Source: Octopus sinensis (lineage: Eukaryota). Taken from it: a stretch of DNA of 64,000 bases. Every line of letters starts with the position of its first letter. Within the stretch, counting starts at the first letter, position 1. Below are positions 1 through 13,164 of the stretch, one piece after another. The notes below the pieces were generated by a model. That model had not been told where the DNA came from, did not search any database, and saw only the letters and a list, made by a program, of their open reading frames with translations. The stretch lies in assembly GCF_006345805.1 (NCBI RefSeq), contig NC_043006.1, positions 54,250,001-54,314,000 on the forward strand, in the 5' to 3' direction. The translations under genes were made by a program, and so were the position numbers.

Positions 1-400
1 CCGGCATGCCATTTGTTTTAAAGGTCACTCATCTCTCTTCAGAGAATCACCAGATTTATTGGGTTTGGAATTTCTCTTCAATGCTTCCCACACTACTCTT
101 ATGTAATCTCCAGCATATGTATTTAGCTTGCATGTATACACGTACACTTATTCGGCCACATGAATTTACTTCTATTTAAAATATGTGTGTGAATAGAGAA
201 ACAAGATAAAGATGACATATTTAGCTGTAAATTTTGAAGAATAACATTCTTGCATTTTTTTCTCTGATAGACAGGTTCTAAAATATCTCAAGATAATGCT
301 TGAGGTGTGTGTGTGTGTATGTTATAATACCTTTTGGATTATTTCCTGGTGTATTTTGCAGGGTGTCTTTATTACTAAACCATGAGCAGTGTTTAAAAAA

Positions 401-435
<35 letters not shown>

Positions 436-1396
436 GTGGAGGGAGTGAGGAATAAACAGATAAAATCATTGATTCTAGAATGTTGTTGTTTCTGTTGGTT
501 CTTGGTGCTAATGTTTAGTATTCTGGTCTTAAATTAATGGCATTTACTTATTACCTTTAGATCTGTTATGTGTCCCACAGCAGAACTGTTCTACTTTGAC
601 TTAGGGTTGCTTAGTGAAAGAGAGAGAGGGAGAGTGTGTATGTGTGTCTGTCTGTGTGTCTGAAGGGAAAGAAAGCATTTGTTGTTGTAAACTTTATTTC
701 CAGTTAGACTTTGATTTGATCTCACCATTGCTTGACCTACATGGTCTACTTGTTGTACTTGGGTGTATTGATCTAATCTCAGTTGACCTATATGATCTGC
801 TGATTTTGTTTGGGTTATTGATCAAGCCTCTCTTAACCTAAAAGATTTGCTGATGATCAGTCTTGACCTATTTAGCTCTACTTGACCTATTTTTATGGCT
901 TCAGTTACTTTCTAAAACTCCTTTATTTTTCACTTGTTTCCTATCAAAGCCTGTTTTAGCCCTAATCATAGGTTCATATAGTTTTCACAAACTTTTTTTT
1001 TCTTCCACGTGAAGTGTGTCTATTCTCCATTCCAACCATTGGATGTAAAATTGATGATATCATCATTTAATATCCATATTCCATGGCATGGTTCAGATGA
1101 TTTGACAGGATCTGATAGGTCAGAGGACTGTATTGAGCTCTGTTTTGGTGTTGTTTCTTCAGCTGGGCCTTCCTAACACCAACCACTTTACAAAGTGTAT
1201 TAGGTACTTTGCTGTGTCTCCAGCACTAGTGAGGTCACCAAATGGCATGCAAGAGAAAACTCATTAATTGGGGTGAGTGTAGTACTGAAGGTGGGGGCTT
1301 ATGGCAAGTGCTGAGATGTAGAAATATGATATATGGGCAACCAGCCACAGAAAACTTGGAAAAGTAGATGTTAAATGGGGATGATGATGTTTAATA

Positions 1397-1757
1397 TTCT
1401 TTTATTCATTTCAGTCATTTGACTGCAGCCATGCTGGAGCACCGCCTTTAGTCGAACAAATCACCCCCAGGACTTATTCTTTTGTAAGCCTGGTACTTAT
1501 TCTATCAATATCTTTTGCTTAACTGCTCAGTTATAGATACGTAAGCACACCAATATCGGTTGTCAAGTGATGGTGGGGGAAAATCACAGAGATACAAATA
1601 TATATATATATATATACGATGGGCTTCTTTCAGTTTCCATCTACCAAATCCACTCACAAGGCTTTGGTTGGCCTGAGGCTATAGTAGGTGTCACAGTGGG
1701 ACTGAACCCAGAACCATGTAGTTGGTAAGCAAGCTACTTACCACACAGCCACTCCTA
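1397..1757 (-). mobile_element. tRNA-derived SINE, family A
   Basis: Colinear reverse-complement match to the full copy at 39589-39991, including the internal (TA)n tract and the tail CAGCATGG..CAGTCAAATGACTGAAA. Confidence 0.85.
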
Positions 1758-2924
1758 ACAGTAGAATAGGACATTATATATGTATCATAGAAGGAAGGGA
1801 GTAGATGATATGATGAGGTGGACTGGGCCATAGTTTTATTTTGCTGATTCAATCCACTAGTTGACTCTTTGAATTATGGGATTTATGTATTTATATATTT
1901 ATTTATTAAGGATTCTAGATAGTAAGTAGGTGTATGAAAGTAAACTTTTTTCTTATTTCAACAAAGTTAGTTCAGTATTGGAAGAAAACTTCTTTGTCAG
2001 CAACTTGAAGCCTTTTCTCTTTATTTTGCTCCTGACATATATCAATAACCTGTCATTGCCATTTCATTCCTCCCACGTCCCCTCCTAGCATTACTGCATT
2101 CTCACATTTACTACTACATACCACTATCATCAACAACCTTCCATTGCTGCAGTAACTATTATTATTATTATTATTATTGTTATTTTTACCACTGCTGAGG
2201 TGCCATTTCCGGTGTCTGTGGCATAATGCCTCTTTCTCCAGTCAAAATAGTTTGACTAGGCCAACTATTTTGATTGTAATTAGGGTCCACCACAACCAAA
2301 CAAGACATATGACTCTTACACCACCAACACCCAGCACCCCTACCTAAGTTTGTGGTTGAGATATTACACATACAATACAATAGCTACCCTAGGTGGGTTT
2401 TAAAGTAAACTATAATACAGGGTACAAGTGCATGTGGTGGGTAAATAAAGAAAACAATGGCACTCAGTCAGGTCGACACCAGACAGGATATGTTCTTTAC
2501 ACACGCATGCATGTACGCACATGCATGCACACATACACACACACACACACATATTATGAGTGTAGCCCCCCCTCCTTGCCTGCGCTCACTTTGCTTAGCA
2601 GCAGTTGTTGATGATGATGTATGTTGATCATTAAGAAAAATAAGATAGGATAGTAAATACAATGTAGTACTAACACACACACACACACACACATTTATTT
2701 GAAGTAACTGAAGAGTATAAAGAGAAGGTTTTAACTCTGGAAGACTGCAGTGCACATGACAATGTTGGTGACCTTTTCCAATATTGTCACTATACCTGCA
2801 GCACTCTGTGTAGTTTTTGACAGTGCTATATATAATAGTTCTTGTACAAGTAGATCAGTTGGAGAGAATAGAGTTGTTACATTTGATGACTAACACCAAG
2901 ATATATTGACTGGGAGAAGCACCT

Positions 2925-3535
2925 AGATGTGGCGCAGTTTGGTTTTGTGCCAGGGGGAAGCATTACTAATGCTATCTTCCTCATTTGGCAGAAGAAGCAC
3001 TTAATCCAAAATAAACCTCTGTACTTGGTTTTTGTTAATGTGCAGATAGCTGTTTTGATAGGGTCTCTTGCTCACTTCCTTATCTGGTGGTTAGTGTGGA
3101 AGCTAGGAATAGGTGAGTGGTTGGTGACAGCTGTACAAGCCATATACAGAGATATATAAGAGTATAGCAACAAATTTAGTGTACAGGTTGGAGTTCACCA
3201 ATGACTAACTGTCAGTCCGCTCTTGTTTATCATAGTCCTCCAGGCCATAACAGGAATTTAAGATTGGTTGCACTTGGGAGCTCCTCTACACTGATGACCT
3301 TGCTGAATTCCAACAAGAATTAGAGAAGAAATTTCAGGTGTGGAAGCAAAGTCTGGAATCAAAGGGCCTTAGAGTTAATTTAGCAAAAACCAAAGTCCTA
3401 GTAAGTAGGAAAGCAGACAAGTTACAAATCCCTTCAGGTATATGACCCTGCTTGTTATGTAGGAAAAGTGTAGATAGAAATTCCATATGGTGTATCCAGT
3501 CCCAGCTATGGACACATAAGAGGTGCTGTGACACA
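2925..3535 (+). mobile_element. RTE-clade LINE reverse transcriptase fragment (decayed)
   Basis: QFGFVPGGSITNAIFLI...PLYLVFV...LGIGEWLVTAVQAIYRD; after frameshifts GVHQ*LTVSPLLFIIVLQAIT and WELLYTDDLA (YADD motif); homologous to 7211-7714. Confidence 0.9.
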
Positions 3536-4179
3536 GGACATTTTTGATGTCCATCTTTCTTGTTGACATAGGTTGGGCAGTTTGACAGGATCTAATGGGT
3601 CCAAAGGGCTGCATTGTGTTCCAATATCTGCTTTGGTATGGTTTCTATGGCTGGATGCTCTTCCTAATGTTAACTACTTTACAGAATTTACTGAGTACAT
3701 TGTAGTGGCACCAGCACTAGTGAAGTCACCGTGCAGCTTGCAAGCCAGAGAGCTTTGACTGAATGGGTTTATAGTAGAGATGGAGACAGCTTCATGCTTG
3801 GAGATTAGAGGTTAAAGTAAAAAGAAGGGCCTCAAACAGAACAGATGTCTTGCTGAAGGAACTACCTAGCTATACATATTTTTTCAGTTTACAGTTGACA
3901 TTAATACTATAAACAGATTCCCTGTCTATGGAAACTGGAATAAAGAAAGTTGAATAATCTGGAGAACCACTTTTGTTGAACAGTGCAGCTACTTCAGTTA
4001 ATGTTAAGAACGTATTTGTCTAGACATGCTTCCTTGTACTAAATATGTATTTGGTTGAATCAACTATGAAAAGAAAGATTCAATCCTGGCTCCAGTGCTT
4101 TGTATGGCATTCATTAGATGAGTGTTTTTCAACCCTTCTCACCAAATGCCTACCAAAAACAATTGAATACTTATTACAA

Positions 4180-4416
4180 CCAGGGTTGTCTTAGCAGCAT
4201 TGTAGGTCCCCAGGCCCTATAATATTTACTTACCAAGCGCAACCCATGGCGTACATAGAATTAGGCCCCTAGACCCATCATGTTCCTCAGAGTTAAAACA
4301 TTTACTCATTGACAACAAACTACAACAACATTCATAAATTAGAATTAGGCTCCTGAACCCATGAAACCCCTCAGTAACTGCCCAGCGTTTTCATGCCTCA
4401 CTAACTACAACCCTCA
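4180..4416. mobile_element. Possible old MITE
   Basis: Imperfect inverted ends AGGGTTGTCTTAG / CTAACTACAACCCT and an internal direct repeat AGAATTAGGC.CCT..ACCCAT near 4258 and 4341. Confidence 0.35.
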
Positions 4417-4721
4417 AAATTTACCATGTTTAATAAAGATAGTGACTGTATTTAAATTCAGATAAATGTATTGCTCACTGTTCCCTTCATGGCTTTGAAT
4501 TCTTCCTTAGCAGGTGCAGTATACAAGCTATTAGGAATCATTCTGTAAGGTCTTGAAAAGTGGTTCTTTTTGGCTGTTTACTTCAGTTCTCTGCTGGTTG
4601 TGATTGACTATGTCTGGGGATAATTCAAAACATTATAATGCTTCTGAAGACAAGAGCTACCATCTTGAAGATAAAGTTTGCAAATTAGTGATGAAACACT
4701 TCTGTAATTGTTCATCACGTC

Positions 4722-5000
4722 ATCATTATCGTTTAATATCCGCTTTCCATGCTGGCATGGGTTGGATGGTTTGACGTGATGCTGGCTAGCAGGGAGTTGT
4801 CCAGACTCTCAACTGTTTGTTGTTGCCATGGTTTCTATGGCTGGATGCCCTTCCTAATGCCAACCACTTAATAGAGTGTACTGGGTACTTTTTATGTGCA
4901 ACTGGCACGGGTGCATTTATGCAGCACGGGCACATGAATGTGTCAGCACAGCACTGGTATGGGTGCTTTTTAAGTTGCACCAGCACCTGAAAGGACAAGT
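4722..5000 (-). mobile_element. 5'-truncated RTE 3'-UTR copy with (GAT)n tail
   Basis: Reverse complement of the 60850-61045 segment (GGAAGGGCATCCAGC.TAGAAACC...CCCATGCCAGCATGGAAA..GATGATG). Confidence 0.8.
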
Positions 5001-5529
5001 GTGTATGCGTGGAAGAAGGAAAAGATAGGAAAGGGTTATTACCAAAAGCAGCAGACATTAGAGCTGCAGGAAGAATCACTTCATTAGAAATCTGAAGTCC
5101 AAAGTCTTCTGCCATTGACAGCTTATGATTTTGCAAGTCGTTCACTTGGAGTGATGTTTGTTGTTGCCATTTGTCAACAAATTGTTTGTTTGCTTTGTAC
5201 CTTTGAAGATGAATCACTTATTTGAAAAACAGGTAAGGGTTAGCAACAGGAAAGGTTTCCAATTATAAAACAATGCCTTAATAATAAATATGTTTAATCT
5301 ATGCTGACACGGAGAAGTGGGTGTAGAAACAAACAAACGAAAAGAATGCTGATTGAGCTGGGATTTCACAAAGCATCATTGTGAATTGATAAAATCAACT
5401 CCAATTGATTTAATAACTGAAAAAAGTTGGAAACATAAAGTGGGCCATGGCAGGATTTGAACTCAAAGCAAAGGCTGTAAAACATTTTATGCAATGCTCT
5501 AATGATTCTGCCAGCCTACAACTATTACT

Positions 5530-5735
5530 ACTACTAGTAATAATCCTTTCTACTATATAGGCACAAGGCCTGAATATTTTGGTAGGGGGAGGAGACTAGT
5601 TGATTACATCAACAACCCCAAGTATTCAACTGGTATTTATTTTATTGACTCTGACAGCACGAAAGGCAAAGTCAACCTTGGCGGACTTTGAAGCATTGTG
5701 TCCAGCATGCTAACGGTTATGCCAGCTCACAGCTT
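5530..5735 (-). mobile_element. tRNA-derived SINE, family B (AAT-tailed)
   Basis: GGCACAAGGCCTGAA...CAACTGGTA...GAAAGGCAAAGTCAACC...GCCAGCTCAC, colinear with the 22995-23220 unit. Confidence 0.75.
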
Positions 5736-6699
5736 TAATAAAATGATGATGATAATAATAATAATAATAAAAATAACAACAACAACATACTTTCAAATGT
5801 AATAATCAGGAGTTTAGTTAGTATAGACCAACCATGGGGGTAACAGTGAAAGGTCAGCTACATGTAAAACAAACAGTACATTGCACTTAGTATCAAAACA
5901 GATAGTACTTTTAGTATGTCTGTGGTGGTTTAGTGTTCACTAGGAAAATGATAGGTTTGTGATGTCATTTAACATGGCGGTGGGAGTAGGGGTTTGACCT
6001 CACAAGCTTTGTAATACAAGTGTATTTTAGTTGTTAACATCCTCCCACGCTGTTATACTGCCGACACACATCTGTCTATCTATATATACTATCTACAGCC
6101 ATCCATCAATTCAATTATCTATTTATGTCTCTATCTACCATTCATCTGTCTGTTACCTATCAGCCTTCATCTGTTGTCTGACTGTTGTTAGCTGTCTGCT
6201 TTTATTTTGGGTTTTATCTGTTCATCTAATTCTGTGTGTGTGTATGTAAATACTTATACACAGCTGTCTTTCTTTCTCTCTCTACCTCTGTTTCTCTGTC
6301 TAGCTTCAACAAGTTGAAATGAAATGACCAAGTTGGTGTTGCTCTTTTATATTGAGGAGATGGAGGTACTTAATTCTACAATGCCTCGGTTTACCTGGTC
6401 GTCAGATATTGGTAGCAGATCAGTTATGGGAATGCTTTCTTTGCATGCCTATTGTTTATATCCAGAAGGAAATTTTGTATATAATGCCATGTGACCAGAA
6501 CTAAGGACTCACCTTCAAAAGATCCCTTAATTAGGCTTTTATATTACAGTAATTTCTAACATAGGTGTAATCATCATCATCATTGTTGAATGTCTGCTTT
6601 CCATGCTGGCATGGATTGGATGGTTTCACTGAGAACTGACAAGCTGGGAGGCTGCACCTGGCTCCAATCTGATTGGGCAAGGTTTCTACAGCTGGCTTG

Positions 6700-8215
6700 G
6701 TTTCTATGACTTGGCTTACTGGGTCTTTTCAAGCACAGCATATCTCCAAAGGTCTTGTCATTGCCTCTGTGAGGCCCAAGATTCAAGGATTGTCCTTCGC
6801 CACCTCATCCCATGTCTTTCTGGGTTTACCTATTTCATAGGTTTTCTCCACTGTTAGGGTGTGACACTTCTTCACACAGCTATCCTCATCAATATGCATC
6901 ACATGACCTTATTAGTGCAGTTGTCTCTCTTGCACACCACATCTGATGCTTCTTATGTCCAACTTTTCTCTCGTGGTGCTTACACTCTGTCATGTATGCA
7001 CACTGACATTACACGTCCAGCGGAGCATACTAGCTTTAGTTCTTTCAAACCTACACATATCCTCAGCAGTCATAGCCATGTTTCACTTCGCACACATGCA
7101 TCATACAGTCTACCTTTCACTCTGAGCGAGAAGCCCTTGTTTCTACCTACCCCTTTTCTACAGATTGAGAGTGCCATCTACCTGATAGGATTTGTGATTT
7201 GTCTGCCTTCCTACTTATTAAGATTTTGGTTTTTGTTAGATTGACTCCAAGGCCCTTCGATTCTAGACCTTGCTTCCACACCTGAAACTTCTAGTTCTGG
7301 TAGTGACTCAGCTATTAGAGCAAGGTCATTAGCATGGGGGTGCTTCCAGGAACAGCCTGTCTTGAATTCCTCTGTTATTGCCTGGAGGACTATGATGAAG
7401 AAGAGAGGGCTGAGGACTGATCCTTGGTGAACCCCTACTTCCACCCGGAATTCTTCATTATACTTGTTGCCAACCCTCATCTTACTGACAGCATCCCTGT
7501 ACATGGCTTGTACAGCTCTCACCAACCACTCATCTATCCTTACTTTCCACATTGAACACCAGATAAGAGATTGGGGGACCCTGTCAAAGGCTTTCTCTAT
7601 GTCAACAAAAGCCAAGTACAGAGGTTTATCTTTGGCTATGAATTTCTCCTGCAGCTGTCTTACCAGAAATAAAGCATTAATGGTACTTCTCCCTGTCACA
7701 AACTCACACTGCATTGCATCTAAGCTAACTCCCTCTTTCTAATTAGTTGGGCTATGACTTTCATCACCTGATCCAACAATTTGATACTTCTGTAATTATT
7801 TCTAAGGCATCACCTTTATCTTTGTAGCAGTTGACTATGGTGCTGCTACACCAGTCATTGGGTATGAGTCTTTCGTGTATCACCTGGTTAACTATAAGAG
7901 TGACTAGACTATAGCCTACACCATCATATTTTAAGCATCTCAACAGTGATTCCTTATGGGCTCAGGGTTTTCCCTGTCTTCATACCCTTAATTACTTTAT
8001 CTACCAAGGTGCTGTCAATTCGGATAGCTGGCCCCTCTGTTGGGTTGACATTTGACAGACTTCTTTTCTCCCATTCATTCTCTTCATTTAGCAACTTTCA
8101 TAGTGGCACCTCCAAGTCTCTGTCTTTGCAGCATCATTAGATGCAAGTGAGCCATCATCCACACCTTCCACATGGGGGACAGCAGCATTATGCATCTGAA
8201 AAGAAAGCTCACATG
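6700..8215 (-). mobile_element. RTE-clade LINE, 3' part, 5'-truncated with internal deletions
   Basis: ORF 7211-7714 reads STINALFLVRQLQEKFIAKDKPLYLAFVDIEKAFDRVP...GVHQGSVLSPLFFIIVLQAITEEFKTGC (RTE RT motifs); GRPRKTWDEV-type C-terminus near 6800-6840; stops and frameshifts elsewhere. Confidence 0.92.
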
Positions 8216-10299
8216 TGCATTTGGTAGATCTTGTAAACATACAGATTGGCTTCAACATGCATACACTTCATCATCATTATATTCGTTTCTTTTTCACTAC
8301 ATTCAAAGGGAGATAGACACTAGATAGGGATGGGAGGGAGGGGCAGAGTGTTCTGTATAGTTAACTGTTAGAGGTGCTCAGGAGAAAGACATCTGGTAGA
8401 GGTTAGAGGAGAAAGTATAGGTGGTGGGGTGGGATGGGAGGGCACGCCACCAATGGCAAACATTATGTCTCTTCTATTCTCTAGCTATGGCCGATGTGGT
8501 ATAGCCACAGACAAACGAGCCACTAATTAACAGTCAACCTGGGAAAACAAGTGGTTAACAAAACAGAGAGAGGGAGAGCAGTGAAATTTTTGAGAATTAG
8601 GGCTAGTCTACGAAACAATGGACCACTTGGATGAGATAGCAGGTAACAAAACAAAACAAATGAAGAGATGGAATTTTTGAGATTTAGAGCAAAAGTAAAC
8701 AGAATCGAACAATTGGATTTCTTAACTTTGCTATAACATATCGCTAAATACATAGCTAAATGAATAACAACAATAATTATAATGAATAATTATAGAGTGA
8801 AACGGAATTGAGCATTTGCATTCTTAACTTCAATCTCATGCAAATAACATTACAGTCATACAAACAGGCCCCAGTGCTTGAGTGGTACTTTATTTTATTG
8901 CCCACAGTAAAGGACCATAACTAAATTCTTCAATAGGCATTTTTAACCCTTGCATGCAGCCACACACATTTCTCTGCTGATAATGTTACCATATGTTTAG
9001 TCCTCAGCAGCTTCTAGATAAGGTCTTCAACATGGTCTTTAACCACATGTAGAAGCTGGTGAAGGATAAAATCCCTTCCCATCTGATATGTATGTATATC
9101 ATCATCATTTAACATCTGTTTTCCATGCTGGCATTGGTATGGATGGTTGGACAAGAGTTGGGCAGCTAGGGAGCTGCCTAGGTTCCAATTGTCTGTTTTG
9201 ACATGGTTTTTATGGCTGGATGATCTTCCTAATCTCAACCACCTTACAGAGTGTACTGGGTGCATTTTTTACATGGCACCAACACAAGTGCTTTTAACGT
9301 GGCACTGGCGCAAGTGCTCTCAACATGGCATGAGCACATATATCTTATATGAAACACAGAAATTCAAAACTATTTCTAATTTCTTATTCATTATAACGTA
9401 ATATATTATATTCCAAAATATGAGCTCATTAACTGCATCCTTCTCTTCTCAAAAATAATTCTCAGATTTAAGTGACAACACTCCTTACATATAATTATTG
9501 GCCATAGAATCTCTGAAGACTTTTCCTACTGACCAATTAATTGATCCTCATAGAGCCTCAGATGATATCACAGAAGCTAGGACTGCCTTTCAAAGTAGCA
9601 GCTGCTAGCTCAATATAATGGTAAAAATATTCCATATACAATACCAATGAATCTGTCTTTTTATCTTCTGAGTTCCCAATCGCAGATGCTATTAATTGAA
9701 AGAAACTATTTGCAGTGTTTGTTGATTGTAGCTGTATTGTATAAAAGAAAAGTTTATAGAAACAATTTCTATAACTTTATAGGCAATTCTATATACGTAT
9801 GCAGTAGAACAACAATTTACAAGGACTGTTTAAAATAATTTTTACAATGTGTACATTATTTCATCCCATGAAAAAAAAATCTTTGAGATATAGTGACAAA
9901 AATATTTTTATATGTTCTTTATTCAATGTAAGCTTTGTGAATGATACTAACTTCACAAGTGTTTCACTATGTGGGACAGTGTTGTTAGTAACAAATGGAG
10001 ATCATGTCTTCTTACAATATCAAAGCTTGTAAGCTTTTGATAGTAAAGTCACTTGTTTAAAACCAGATTCATTTAGATAAGAGATAAGTAAAAAAACCAA
10101 TAATACAACTATTGTAATATCCAATATTAATACTGTAGAAACAATCATGATAATTGTAATGTAATGACTGGGCCAAGAGGATTTTTTTATGTTGGCCATT
10201 TAAATTTGTCTGTGGCCTCTGAAATGTTCATTTTTATATGGTGTCTGAAAATACGGGGGTCAAATGGTCCCTGGTTGAAAATCACTACACTAGATACAT

Positions 10300-11165
10300 A
10301 ATAATAATGGAAAGAAAAGGTATCAGAGGGGCATTGCATACCCTGTGCACAGATAAATTTTTTACAAATTATAGTGTGGCTTACAATGCATTGCTTACCC
10401 ATGCTTTTTAATTGAAGTAAAATAATTTTTTTTTTTTAAAGTATCTCTATTATAGGTATTTATACTCTGGTGACATTAAGAAATCAACTCATAAGTAAAT
10501 AAAAACCCTTGAATCCATCTGTGTGCACACGCACATATCTGTGTATGCAAGCATGTATGTACTCACATGTGTCTATGCACATAGGTACATCATGATCTAT
10601 ACGCGTGCTGATGAGGGTTGATTCATATGAAAAAGAAAGTGAACAAAATAATGACAACTTGCATATTGGAAAATTTGTTAAGTCCAATTTTTATTTTTTT
10701 TTTTTAAGTATCACTATTATATAGGTATTTATACTCCAGTGAAAAAGAAATCAAGTCATAAATAAACAAAACCCTCAAATTCGGCACTGTACACATGCAC
10801 ACACACACACACATGCAGAGTCACATGTTTATGTATGTATGTATGCATGCACATGTGTCTATGTGCATAGGTACATCATGATCTATACACACGCAAACAA
10901 GGGTCAGTTCATATCAAAAAGAAAGTGAGCAAAATAATATGACCACTTTACTTATTGGGGAGTTTGTAAGTTCAATTTCTTTTGGATTTTTTTAAAGATA
11001 ATCAAACCAAATGTTAATCATTTCGAGCCATTCACCCAACAAGTATGCCAAATATGGTGAAAATCTGTTCAGCTGTTTTCCGGTAATTTTGCAAACACAC
11101 AGACAAAGATCACTAAGATGAGTGATTACAATACCATGCTTTTGCTTATGCGCGCAGGGTAATAA
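10300..11165 (+). mobile_element. Non-autonomous Helentron-like element (HINE/DINE-1 architecture) with central tandem repeats
   Basis: Subterminal inverted repeat TACCCTGTGCAC (10339-10350) / GCGCGCAGGGTA (11150-11161); 3' stem-loop TACCATGC...GCAGGGTA; two diverged 270-290 bp core repeats; CA microsatellite; AT-rich flanks. Confidence 0.65.
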
Positions 11166-11360
11166 TATTTTCTACAATGGGCACAAGACCTGAAATTTGT
11201 GAGGAGAGGACTCGTAAATTACCTTAACCACATTACATGATTGGTGGTACTTATTTCATCGACTCTAAAAGGATGAAAGGCAAAGTCGACCTTTGCAGAA
11301 TTTGAACCCAGAATGTAAAGCTGAATGAAATGCCACTAAGCATTTTACCTGGTGTGCCAG
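11165..11360 (-). mobile_element. SINE family B
   Basis: GGCACAAGACCTGAAATT...GGATGAAAGGCAAAGTCGACC...GAATTTGAACCCAGAA...GCCAGCTC. Confidence 0.75.
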
Positions 11361-11374
11361 CTCTCTGCCTAAAT

Positions 11375-11409
<35 letters not shown>

Positions 11410-11965
11410 GATTTCAAATTTTGGCACAAAGTCAACAATTTCAGGGGATTATATCAACCTCAGTCTTCAACTGGTACTTCTTTTATTGACCCAGAAAAGA
11501 TTAAAGGCAAAGTTGACCTTGGTGGGGTTTGTGAAGCACCTCTCATTAATCATGTTTTTTTAGTGAATTTTAGAAAGTCACTTCCCCTCCCCTCCTTTAT
11601 TAGTGTTCCAAACTGATTTTGGTCTTCAGTATAACATTCTTGCAATATTACATAGGTATTGTTTGTGATTTTCCAGTCGGCTATGGAACCAAAGTTGAAG
11701 ATATGCAGTGTTGCAAATGCTGTGTTGTACAAGCCATTTTTTCATCCCTCCATCAGTTATACAAAATGTCTTAACCATTTAGCATTTAAATCAGCCATAT
11801 CTGCCCAAAATATTGAACTTATTTTCATGTTCAAATTGTCCAGATCTAGCCTCTCACACCAGTCCTGCAATGTCATTTTAAAAATTTATAGTTACTTCAT
11901 CAAAATTTCATAGCTATGAGATAATGCATGATTAACTCAAAATCAAAGTAAGTAAATATGCCCAC

Positions 11966-12228
11966 GGGCATATGGCATAGTGGTTAAGAGAATGGGCTAC
12001 TAACCCCAAGATTCCGAGTTTGATTCCAAGCAGTGTCCTGAACAATAATAATAATAACAACATCGAAAAATATCTTAGGAATGAGAACCCAGGTTCGAAA
12101 TGTCTCCAAGACACCTGAAGAAGGCTGGGGGGTATATCAGCCGAAACGTGTTAACAACAAACAAGATGAGGACAAATTTCCGTTGAATGTAAATAATGTA
12201 CATCTTTCCTCATCTCTTAAATATAGAA
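11966..12228 (+). mobile_element. tRNA(Ser GCU-like)-headed SINE with Penelope-type, hammerhead-like 3' region
   Basis: A-box TGGCATAGTGGTT, anticodon-like arm GGG-CTACTAA-CCC, B-box-like GAGTTTGATTCC, an (AAT)n spacer, then CTGAAGA-A-GGCTG-loop-CAGCC-GAAAC. Confidence 0.7.
12110..12152 (+). ncRNA. Minimal type I hammerhead ribozyme-like motif (this copy appears defective)
   Basis: GACAC (12110-14), CTGAAGA (12115-21), stem II GGCTG/CAGCC (12123-27/12138-42), GAAAC (12143-47), GTGTT (12148-52, complementary to GACAC); no room for an NUH triplet. Confidence 0.55.
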
Positions 12229-13164
12229 ATATTAGTTTATTCTTTTATTTGTTTTAGTCATTTGACTGTGGCCATGCTGGAGCCCTACCTTAAACATAAT
12301 AATGCGAATACTAAAGGGTTAAATAGTTTCCAATGTAAGCCACATAACTGAATATTTGAGTCAAATTTTGTTTCTTCTCAGCCTGCTGTTACCATTTATC
12401 TATTTGTTTTTTCCCATTGTCAGTCTTTTGGAAAGATATTGCCCACATACCCAGCATCCTTAACCTTTCTCAGAGGCTGTAGAACACTTTCTTTTTATAA
12501 CCACCCATTTCTGGGTTAACCACCTTAGACAGAACGGTTGGCAGAATGGGTTGGAGTGAATTATTTCTCTGTTTGGCTGTTATCGAATAAATGAATAAAA
12601 TGTGTGGCTTGTGGAGAACTGCAATCATTTTCTTTATTATTATTATTATTTTGGTTCAAAGATTCCTGGCCTCCAAAGTATTCCTACATGGAATCAATTC
12701 CTTGTCATCTCCTCATACTTTCACCCTTCACTGCTCTGAAAGACTGAAGATTCTCCTTCCGTTACACTAATTAACTGCCTGTTAAAAAGGTTCATGTGAC
12801 ACCATTCCTCTGTCTGTACTTCCTGTTCAGCTTGTTGAAACTAGTTGAGCTATTGGGGAAGCTAATCTTTCACCTCCTCCCTTCCTTACACTTGCCTTCT
12901 CATCTGTTGGGGTTGTTTGGATTTCCACCCCAGTTCTACTGTGCTTTTTGCAGTGTGTTATTTAAGACTTCTTGGGTTGTTATTGTTATTTAGCCCCTAG
13001 TTAACTCTTTACAAACAGTGGCATTCCAGTCGTGACCATCCTGTCTTCCATGTGTATTATCATATTCAATGTGTCCCTTTTGAAAATGGCATGGTATATT
13101 TTGAGAGTGATTTGGCTGCCATTTATAGGTGGTCAAGTAACTATGTAGATTGTTCCCCTTATTC

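Noticed and set aside
2504-2528. 10-bp perfect hairpin GCATGCATGT/ACATGCATGC
   Set aside because: Arises trivially within a degenerate CA/TG microsatellite
4644-4672. CTGAAGA followed by a 5-bp hairpin as another hammerhead
   Set aside because: The hairpin is followed by AAGA rather than GAAA, and there is no stem I or III
4610-4710. MSGDNSKH...EDKVCKLVMKHF as the start of an ADAT1/ADAR-like gene
   Set aside because: Similarity is only a few residues, there is no good donor site, and no downstream deaminase exons are found
4786-5217. 143-aa minus-strand ORF
   Set aside because: The C-terminal half reads through an RTE 3'-UTR repeat; the remaining ~55 aa have plausible but weak splice sites and no family I can name
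11966-12035. Functional tRNA genes at SINE heads (also 20624 and 39589)
   Set aside because: Acceptor stems are not intact, B boxes are degenerate, and each runs straight into SINE body sequence
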